Assembly (NCBI GenBank): GCA_963676565.1
Contig: OY781089.1
Location: 800,001 to 864,000, forward strand
Length of the DNA: 64,000 nt
Source: Halarcobacter sp.
Lineage (GTDB): Bacteria; Campylobacterota; Campylobacteria; Campylobacterales; Arcobacteraceae
Direction of reading: 5' to 3'
Positions 19,354 to 31,300 of the stretch are shown one piece after another (the first letter of the stretch is position 1; every line of letters begins with the position of its first letter). Both the position numbers and the translations under genes were made by a program. Below the pieces are notes generated by a model, which did not search any database, was not told the origin of the DNA, and saw only the letters and a program-made list of their open reading frames with translations.

Positions 19354-22300
19354 ATGGCAAAGAGAAGATCACAAAAAAGAAAACCACTAATTAGTGCATT
19401 AGAACCTAGAATCTTATTTGATGGAGCTGCTATTGCTACAGCAGTTGATGTATTAGATAATACAAGTTTTACAAATGATAATACAGATACTTCAATTGCA
19501 AATGATGCAACTCAAGATACAGTAGAAGTTCCAGCAACGCAAACTTTTGAAAGAGATAGAAAAGAAGTAGCGTTTGTAGATACTACAGTTGCTGATTATG
19601 AAACATTAGTTGAGGGAATTGATTCAAATATTGAAGTATTTGAAATAAGTTCAACAAATGAAATAGAAACAATTTTAAAAAATCTTGAAGATGTTGATGC
19701 TGTGCATATTTTATCACATGGTAATACGGGAGAGATTACTATTGGTGATGAGGTTATTAGTTCAGATACATTATCACAATTTGAAGATGTAATGAATTTA
19801 TTAAAAACGTCTTTAACTCAAAATGGTGATTTATTATTATATGGATGTAATGTAGCAAGTGATGGTGAAGGTCAAGAGTTTATTGATGAGATTGCATCTT
19901 TGACACAGGCAGATGTAGCAGCTTCTGATGATATTACTGGTTCAGCACAGCTTAATGGAGATTGGGATTTAGAGGTTGAGTCTGGAGAAATCGAAACTGA
20001 TGAGATTGTAATTGAGAATTATGATAATAAATTAGCATCTGTTTCAACATTTACTGTTGTTGATGGACCATCAAGCACACCATTAACTATTGCTGATTCT
20101 AGTAGTCTTAAAATAGGAATTATGGGAACTTATACATCCCCTTTAGCTACTTTTTATACAGATGAAGGTTTTGATGTTACATCATTTAGTACATCAACTG
20201 CACTAGATCAAATAACTTTAACTGATTATGATTTTTTTGTAATAGATTTACCAATTGATGAATTCACATCAGCAGAAGTAACTGCTGGAACAAACTTCTT
20301 AAATACGGGAGGAAGATTTCTTTTAATAGGTGAACATAGTGGATTTGCAGATCAAAATACTAGAATTTCAAATTTTGTTGCTAATTTAGGTGGTGCTTTA
20401 AGTATTACAAGCGCATCATTTGCAGGCTTGGCAGATGATACAGTTGGAAATTTGAACTTTACTGATTCAAACATAAATGCAGGTGTAGATCAAATGGATT
20501 ATAATGCAGCATCTTATGTTAATATTGACCCAGATATTTCTGAGGCAGTTGTTGTTGATGAGTCAAATAATATTTTAGTTGGTGATCAAGCAATTGGATT
20601 AGGTAGAATTACTTTAATGGCAGATGTAAACCCTTATGCATCAGAATTGAATGATGGTGATAATAAAATTTGGTTTAGAAATATTGCAATTGATTCTGCA
20701 ACAAATAGAGATATAGTAACAAATGGTGGTAACCCAAATGATGGCTTTGGTATTAATGCTGCTGCATCAATTGCTGAAGATACTGATAAAGCTGATTTTG
20801 TAGCAAGTGATTTTAGTGTAAGTGGTTCAACTGCAAATGCAATTCAAATCACAAGTGCTCCAACAAATGGTATACTTTTATATAGTGGAAGTGCACTAAT
20901 ATATACAAGTGGTATTGCAACTATTACATCTTTTGATGCAACACTTTTAACATATACTCCTGATGCAAATTACAATGGAACTGATTCCTTTTCTTGGGCG
21001 GGTTCAACTGATGGTGGGACAAACTACACTGCATCCTCTGCAACAGTTAGTATAACTATTGATCCTGTAAATGATAAACCAACTGCTTCAAATAATACAC
21101 TTACTGTTTATGAAGAACACCCTTATACTTTTAGTGCAAGTAATTTTGGATTTAGTGATATTGATGGAGATACTTTAAGTAGTGTTTTAATAGCAAATAC
21201 AAATATTAGTAATGGTACTTTAGAACTAACTGGTGGAGTAAATACTGGTGTAATTACTTCAACAGAAGTATCTGTATCAAAAGCTGATATTGATGCAGGA
21301 TATTTAGTATTTACTTCTAATACAGATTACCATGGAACAGGAGATTACTTTAGATTTAAAGTAAATGATGGAACGGAAAACTCTGGTTCATATTATAATA
21401 TGTTCTTAAATGTTACAAATACAAATGATGCCCCAAGTATTATAAATACAGATACAACTCCAACTTTTATTGAAGATAGTAATAAAACTACAATTACAAG
21501 TACTCCTGTAAATATTGTAAATACATCTGATTTTGTTTTAAGTGATTATGAAAATGATGGTATCTCTACAATTAAAATCCAAGTAGAGAATATTAGTGAT
21601 AGTGGTGAAGAGTATTTAAATATTGATGGAAGTAAGATTGATATTACTACTGCATCAAGTTCTACAACAGCTACAAATGGATATTCATATTCAGTGACAA
21701 TTAGTGGAACAACTGCAACTTTAACTTTAACAACAGCACCAAGTGTTCTTTTAGCTAATGCAACAGGATTTATAAAATCTGTAACATATCAAAATGATGC
21801 AGATGTTCCAACAACAAATCTTGATAGAGTAGTTTCTTTATCATTAGTTGATGATGGAGGAGTTGCAAACTCTGGAAATAATACATCAGCATTTGAAAAA
21901 GTTTCTGATATTACAATTTCTGCATCTGATGATAATCCTGAAGCTTACAATATGACTGCGCAAATTGGACCAAACTCTCAAAGAACATTTGCAGAGTTTG
22001 TCCCTCAATTTGATGATGTTGATGGTGTAAATATGGTAGGACATCCAAATTATGATTCAAATGGTGATCAACCTTATCAGATGGAAATTCTTTCATTACC
22101 TACTACAGGTACATTTGAAGTATATGATTATGCAAATGGAAGCGGAGTTGATGATAAAACAGACCCATCTAATTGGATAACTATTTCAGATATTTCAGCT
22201 ATGACTACAACTTCAACATATACTTTGGTTGATGGAAGATTTGTTATTTCAATGGCTGATTTAGATAACTATAGATATAACGCAGGAAATAACTCAAATA

Positions 22301-25300
22301 CTACTACAAGCATCTCTTGGAGAGTTATGACTTCTGGAGATACAAATGATTCAACAGGTTGGTCAAACAGCGCAAGTGGATTAATCACTATTATTGATAG
22401 TGCAAGTAATGCTGCTCCAAGTGTTGTTTCTTTTGTTGATACAGCTAATACAACTATTAGTGATGGTGGAACTTTTACAATTCCAGAAAATGGAACAGCA
22501 AATGATTTAACGAAGTTAACAATGGTATTTAGTGATGATTATACACCTGAAGATTATATTGATGTTGTAATTACTTCAAGTGATAATAGTATTATCGACC
22601 CGGCTAATATAGTTGAAAATAAATCAACAACAACTACTAGTGGAGATACTAGAACATTTAATATAGTTCCTGTATCAGATGCAACAGGAACTGTTACTCT
22701 TACATTTACTATGAGTGATGGTGATAAAACTACAACTTATGATGTTGATGTAGTTGTAAATGAAAACCCAGAAATCTATAACCCAGGAAGTGTATTAACA
22801 GTTCCTGATATTAACTCTTATGTTGAAATAGCCAATAGTGCTGAACTTCAGGTTCAAACTTATACATACTCTATTTGGGTAAAACCAGATACTATTTCAT
22901 CTCAATGGCAACCTTTAATTATGAAAGCTAGTGATTCAGGTTTAGTTGCAACAAGAAACTTCTCTATGTGGATTAGACCAGATAGTTTACAACTTCATAA
23001 TACATTTTTTAATACGCAAACAAATAGTCAAGTACACATTGATACAGATTCTTCTCATCAGCTAACGCAAAATGAGTGGAATCTTATCACAGCAACTTAT
23101 GATGGAGCGACTTTAAAAACATATATCAATGGTGATTTAGCAGCTTCAATTGCAACAACTGGAACGCCTATAAATGACAGTAGCTCTCTTTTCATTGGAG
23201 GATTACCAAATGGATATAGTACTCTTGGTGCATTTTCAGGGGATATTGCAGAAGTTAGTATTTATAATGATGCCTTAACTGATGTTGAAATTAAAGATAC
23301 AATGAAAACTCAATTGACAGGAAGTGAAGATAACCTTGTTTACTATACAAGATTTACAACTGATTCAAATGGAGATATTGTTGATTTAACTGCTACAAAT
23401 AACAGCGGAGTATTAAATGGAAATGCTGATGTTTCAAAACAAGTAGACCTTGATAAAAATACATCTTATAGTACTTTTACTTCAACTGATTTTAGTACAA
23501 ATTTCTTATATACTGATGCTGAAAATGATTCTTTTGCAGGTGTAAAAGTAGTAACTATTCCATCAAATGGAACATTAGAATTAAGTGGTGTTGCTGTTAG
23601 TGCAGCTGATGTTATTAGTTCAGCTGATATTGCAAACTTAGTTTATACTCCTGATGTAGATTTTTATGGAACAGATTCATTCTCTTATCAAGCACAAGAT
23701 GATGTTGGTGGTTTTTCAAATACAGCACTATTTGATTTAACAGTTAATTATGTTGATACAGACCCAAAAATTATGGGTACTACAACACTAAGTGTAGATG
23801 AAGATAGTGGAGCAACTACAATTAGCGGGTTTACAGTAACTGATTATTATGGATCAAATGGTTTAGGTGATCATACATTAACAGCTAAAGTTGTTGCTAC
23901 GAATGGAGTTTTAGCTATTGCAACTGCAGGTAGTACAACTGTTGTTGGAAATGGAACAAATACTGTAACAATTACTGGAACTGCTGCTCAAATTCAAAGT
24001 GCAGTAAATACTTTATCATATACTCCAGATGCTGAATATTCAGGAACTGATCCTTTAGATATCTCTATTAAAGATGATACAATTGGAGGAGATTGGAAGT
24101 CTTATTTTGCAAGCGAAACTGGTAAGTTTTATAATCCAAATAATGGACACTACTATGAGTATGTTTCGGTTTCTAGTGGAATTAGTTGGACTGATGCAAA
24201 AATCGCAGCAGAAAAAAGTACTTTATATGGATTACAAGGTTACTTAGCAAATGTTTCTACTCAAGCTGAAAATGATTATGTTAAATCATTATTAGGTGGC
24301 ACTGGTTGGTTTGGTGCAAATGACCTTGAAACTGAAGGAAGCTGGGTTTGGGCTGGTGGTCCTGAAGAGGGACTTGCAGTTCCATTAAATCCAGATGTTT
24401 CATGGGATCCATGGAATAGTGGAGAACCAAATGACCATGGAAGTGGTGAAGATGCAGGTCAGTATAGAGATGATGGTACTTGGAATGATTTGCCAACAAG
24501 TTATAAATTAAATGGTTATGTTGTTGAATATGGTGGATTTAAAAATGATACTGCTTTAGAAGCTGCTCAATTAATAGTAACTGTAAATGGTGTAAATGAC
24601 GCTCCAATAATCACTGCAACAGGTGTTGATGGAGGGGCAAATCCTGAGTATATTGAAAATGATGACCCAATTACTCTTTTAGACAATGTTGTAATAACTG
24701 ATGCAGATAATACAACACTAAAAAATGCAACTGTAAGTATTAGTAATAACTTTACTCCTGGAGATATATTATCATTTACAAATGATGGTTCAACAATGGG
24801 TAATATTGAAGGTTCTTATGATGCAACAACTGGAGAATTAACACTAGTATCACCTTCTTATGGGGATAGTTTTGTATTTGATGGAAATGATGATTATATA
24901 GATATTGGAACGATTGATAATCTTTCAGGTTCATTTTCTATGGAAGCATCAGTTAAAGTAAGTGATAACACTCAAAACTGGGCTAGAATCTTTGATTTAG
25001 GACAAGGAAGTGAAAACGATAATATATTCTTTGGTTTTGCAGGAAGTACTGGAAAAATTACAATTGCAATTTATGATGATCAAAATGGTAATTTCAATGG
25101 AATTGAAACAGTTAATACTTTAGATGAAAATGCATGGGTTCATGTAGCAGGTGTTAGTAATGGTGATGGAACTTTCTCTATTTATTTTGATGGTGTAGAG
25201 CAAGATGTAACTATTAAAAGTGGTTCAACAACATCTTTAGTTTCAAACTCTGTTAGTAGAGATTCAAGTTATATTGGAAAAAGTAACTGGTCAGCAGATG

Positions 25301-28300
25301 CTGATTTTGCTGGAGAAATTAAAGAAGCTAGAATATGGAATGATGTTAGAAGTGAAGCTGAAATTAAAGCTAATATGAACCAAGCTTTAGATTTAAATGA
25401 TTCATCAAATGATAATTTATTAGGATACTGGACTACAAGTACAAATGGAAACACAGTTTTAGACCTTTCTGGAAATTCAAATGATGGAACACTACAAGGT
25501 GATACTTCAATTTCATATAATGGAACAGGAACAGCTACGATACAAGAGTGGGAAAATGCTTTAAAATCTATTGAATTCTCATCAACAAGTTTCAATCCTG
25601 GAACTCAAAAAGATATTTCTTGGAGTGTTGATGATGGTCAAACAGTTGATAATGTAAGTAATGTTGAAACAACAACAATTGATATCAAAGAGCTTTATTC
25701 TGAACAAGAAACAAACTATTTAGCTATTGATAGTACTATCGATTTAAGTTCATTTAGTGGTAATTACGCTGGGGAATATATTGATTTTAAAATTAGTGAT
25801 GAAACTTCAACTGAGAGTTTAGGATTCTTAACTTCTTCAACACCTAGTACAGTAAATGGTGATGTAACAATTGTAGGAAATAGTGTTTATTTAGGGAATG
25901 GGTCTAGTGCAAATGTTATTGGTCAAGTTGATAATACTTTAAATGGTCAAAATGGAAACAATCTAAGAATCAATTTTGCAGTGGATTTTGTAAATGGAGA
26001 TTTTAACTCTACTACAACTTCAAGTGGATTATTAAGTTCAACAAAAGGTCAAACAATCACAATTGATGGATGGAATATCTATAATGGTAGAGTTGATTTT
26101 GGTAGTGATACAATTGCTGGACTTGCTATTCCTGAAGATAATGTATGGCCAAGTACAACACAAGGAACAGATGTAGGTAGAGATAGTAATACTATCACTG
26201 AAGATAAAGGTTGGCAAACATACTTAAATGAAGATGCAAATGGTGATACATCTATAAAAATGTACTCAAAAATGGTTACTCAAGATGGATATACAATTAT
26301 CAGAGGACCATATATCTATTCTGATACATCAGTAAGTTTACAAGCAGGTGATTCTGTTCAGTTTGATTGGAAAGCTGAGGGTGGAGATGATGCTTATGAT
26401 GTATTTGGATATATTGTAAATGTAAATGATGACACTGATTATCAAATCATTTTAAATGAAACAGGTGCAAGGGCTAGTTCTAGTACATCTTGGGCAACCG
26501 AAAATGTAACTGTTGATAGTGCAGGTGAATACAAATTTGTATTTGTATCTGGTTCTTGGGATGCAACAGGTGGAACATGGTTAGGTGCACAATTATATAT
26601 TGATGATGTAAAAGTTACTCAACAAGCTCCAAGTTCAGGGCTTGATTATACAGTATTAGAATCAATTGCACAAAAAGTAACTTATACAGATAGTTCAGAT
26701 TTAACTTATGAAAATGCATTAGGAAATAGAACTATAGAAATTACGGCACCAAAAGTTGCAACTTCTTTTGATACAGATAAACCAGTTGCTTCATTTAGTA
26801 GTGATAGTGGAGTTGTTACAATTACATTTGATGAGGCATTAAATGCTGGGGATGAGTTAAGTGAATCAGATATATCAGTTGCAAATGGAACTCTAAGTAA
26901 CTTCACAAAAGTTTCAAATACGCAGTATACAGTTGAAGTAACAAAAGATAGTGGTTATACAGGAGATTTAACTTTAGTATTAGCTGCAAACAGTGTTACA
27001 GATACAGATAGTTCTCCTTTACAAAATGTTCAACAAACTTTTGTAATCAAAGACAATATTGATTTAACTAGTGATGCAAACTGGGTAAAACTTCTTTATG
27101 GTAACCAGTATGACTACTTTGATGATGTTCAAGCAAATAGAACAGGAACAGATTTAGTTGGTGATGATGACCATGTATTACTTTCAACTCAATATAATTC
27201 TTCAACTGATGAGTTAGCATTTAGATTTAGACAAGAATCATCAAGTGATGCTGGTGGAATATTCTATTTATTAGGTGTTGATGGAACTGGAAATGGTGCA
27301 TTAGATTTTTTTGTTGGTGTAGATATAGATAACAAAGGTGTTGCAACAGTTGATTTCTATGAAGCAGGAAATGGTGGAAATTATTCTCCTAGTACTACTT
27401 CTTTTTCAAAATACTCAACACCAACTACATACGAAGTAGATGTATCAGCTGCAAGTGATGGTGATGATATTGATGGTGATGGAAATGTAGATGGTATTAT
27501 TAGTTTTAAACTTGATGGTACATCATTTGTAAACTTTGCAAATGGTGCAGGTGGACTAACTGGGTACACGATTAATGACCAAGTTAACTTTATGTTATTA
27601 ACAGCTACTCAAACAAACTCTATAAATGGAGATATTGGTGGAGTTGATGGAAATAGTAGTAAAATTAGTTATGCAGATATGGGAGCATTTAAACCTATTG
27701 TATTTAGTGGTGATAGTTCAGGTGAGAATAAAGCTACATTTACATTTGATAAAATGGAAGTAAATGACCAAATCTCTTTAGATGCAGTTTCTTCAATCAA
27801 TTATGTTGATACTGATGGTGTTGATAACTTCACATCTCAAGGTGGAACAATAACTTCTAGTGATGTAGATGCTAATACTACACCTGTTTATAGTGTAGAT
27901 GGTGGAACAGTAAACGGTACAACATTTACAAAAGTTGGAGATTATGGAACTTTAACTTTAGATAGTAGTACAGGCGTTTACACTTATGAGCCAAATGATA
28001 GTGTAATTGATGCCTTATCTGAATCAACATCTGAAAGCTTTACTTTAAGAGTATCAGATGATAATCCAAATGGACTTTCAACAGTTGATACAAAAACATT
28101 AACTATAAATATCACTGCAGTAAATGATTCTCCACTTTTAGGTGGAAATTCAAACTCTGTAACATTTACTGAAAATGGTTCAAAAGTTTTAATTGATTCT
28201 ACAATTACAATTAGTGATCAAGAGGGTGAAAGCTATGATGGTGGATATTTATTTATTAAAAACCTTACAAATGGTGAAAATTCTGATCAGTTAGTTGTAA

Positions 28301-31300
28301 CTGAGATTGGTGGTATCACTTTAAGTGGAAGTGATATTTTATATGCTGGTACTGTTATTGGTACAATTGATTCAACATATAATGGTGTTGATGGAAAAGA
28401 TTTAAAAATCAATTTTAATACTGATGCTTATTCTGTTCAAGTTCAAGCTTTAGCTCAAGCAATTGCCTTTGATAATGCAACAGATGATATTAGCTCAGAT
28501 GCTAGAACATACCAAATTCAAGTAAATGATGGTGGAGAGCCAACTCCTAGATATAGTACAAAAGATATTACAGTAAATATTGATGCAATCAATGACTTAC
28601 CAGTAATTAGTTTAGATTCAAATGTTTATGAAGTGGAAAAAGTAATCTCTACAAATCCAGATGGAACTATGAATTTATCAGGAATATCTTTATCTGATGC
28701 AGACCATTCAACACTTACTGTTACATTTGAAACTTCGAATTATGGAACACTAACATTTAATGAAAGTGCAAGTGGAGGTATTACGACAGGTGATATTACA
28801 AACAATGGTACAAGTAGTGTAACTGTTACAAGTACAATTGCAAAAATAAATGCAACTTTAGCAAATGCTCAAGGTTTAACTTTTATAGCTGGAACAACAA
28901 ATGATATTATAACTCCTGGTGCAACTTCACTTCAAATCACAGCAGTAGATGCAGAAAGTGGTCAAGATGTTTCTACAAAACAAATCATAGTACTTCCTGC
29001 TGTACCAAATGCATATAGTGGTAATATTATTGAAAATGAAGATACTGAAGTTTCAGTAAACTTAGAAAGTTTAATTGATGATGTAAATGGAACAAACAGA
29101 GGTATTACTATTGGAACTGGAACTGCAGATGTTGATCTAAATTTAGATGGAGATACTCTTGATACAAATGAAGTAGCTGGAAGTATTACTCCATTAGATG
29201 TATCAAAAGAGATTTTAGATAACAATGGAAAATTGATTGGATATCAATTAACAAATGGAAGACTAGTAGTTACTGAGGCTACTTTAGAGGATGCAAACCC
29301 ATCATTTAACTTTATTTATACTCCTGATACTGCTGGATGGTCTGGAACTGAAAACTTTGTTTATCAATATAGTTCTGATGGTAAAACAAGTTTAATTGCT
29401 GAAATTAATATTGTAGTATTAGCTGTAAATGATGCACCAACAATCACTTTATCAAATGGAAATGCTGAAGCAATTGATGAAGATACAACTTTAGTATTTG
29501 AAGGTTCAAAAGCTATAACTTTAGCAGACCTTGATGATACAGGAAGTGAGACATTTGATTTAACATTAAGTGTGTCAAATGGTAAGTTAGACTTAACTCA
29601 AACTACTGGATTAACATTTATTCAAGGAAATGACGGAACTGGAAAAATCAAAGTTACTGGAACACTATCAGATTTACAAGCAGCTATTGATACTTTATCT
29701 TATACTCCAAATGCAGAGTATAATGGAAGTGATAATCTAGTAATTACATTTAATGATAAAGGAAATATTGGACAAGGTGATGTTTTAGAAGATACTCAAA
29801 CTATTGCTATTACTATAAATCCAATTAATGATGCACCAACTATTCAGTCTTATGTTGATATAAATATCACTGATGGAAGTGGTGCGAGTATTATTGATGA
29901 TACATATGTTAACTATTTAAAAGTTTCTGATGTTGATACTGCAAATTTAACATATAAAATTGATAATGATGGAAGCGAAGATGTTGATGTAAATGGTGAT
30001 GTTACTAATAACTCTAACTTAGTTGATTCAAAAGTTGGAACTTACGGAACTTTAGAGATTGACCCAACAACTGGAAAATATACATTTACACCTGATAAAA
30101 CTGCAATATCAGCTTTAAGCGATGATGCAGTTGAAAGTTTTGTACTAGATGTATTTGATGGAACAACTCACAAACAAGTTACTATAAATATCAATATTAC
30201 AGCTGATGCACAAACTGCTTCAACTTATACAGAACAAGACCCTGCAACTTTAGTTTTACAAGATACTACTATTGATACAAATGAGTCTTATGGTGGTGGA
30301 TTTATAGAGTTTGAAGTAAGCTCTCCTGAAGCTACTGAGATTATAAGTTTAGAAAAAGTTACAACTGCTGATACTACTGATGGAGTAATTAGTATTGTTG
30401 GTTCAACTATTTTCTTAGGTGATGGAACAACAGCTGCTGCGATTGGTCAAATTGATGGAACATATAATGGTGAAGATGGAGAGAAATTAAGAATTAACTT
30501 CTCTGTTGATTTTACAAATGGTGATTTTAATGCAACTACAACTTCAAATGGATTATTAAGTTCAACAAAAGGTCAAACAGTATCAATTGATGGATGGAAT
30601 ATCTATAATGGTAGAGTTGACTTTGGAAGTGATACAATTGCTGGACTTACAATTCCTGAAGATACAGTTTGGCCAAGTACAACTCAAGGAAGTGATGTAG
30701 GAAGAGATAGTAACACTATCACTCAAGATAAAGGTTGGATGACATATTTAAATCCAGATACTTCAACTGATAGTTCTATTAAAATGTATTCAAAAATGGT
30801 TACTCAAGATGGATATACAATCGTTAGAGGACCATATATTTATTCTGACTCATCTGTTAGTTTACAAGCAGGTGATAGTATATCGTTTGATTGGAAAGCT
30901 GAAGGTGGAGATGATGCATATGATGTATTTGGATACATTGTAAATGTAAATGATGATACAGATTATCAAGTGATTTTAAATGAAACAGGAGCAAATGCAA
31001 GTTCTGAAACTAACTGGGCAACTGTATCTCAAACTGTAGATTCAGCAGGTGAATATAAATTTGTGTTTGTATCTGGTTCTTGGGATGCAACAGGTGGAAC
31101 TTGGTTAGGTGCTCAATTATATATTGATGATGTAAAAGTTACTCAAGCAAATCCATCAAGTGGAATTGATTCAAGTGTATTAGAAAAAATAGCTCAAAAA
31201 GTTACTTATGAAAACATTGGTGATTTAACAGCTACTAATGATGTTCAAAATAAAACTATCACTATAACAACTTCTTCAGGAGATAATACTCCAGTTGTTC

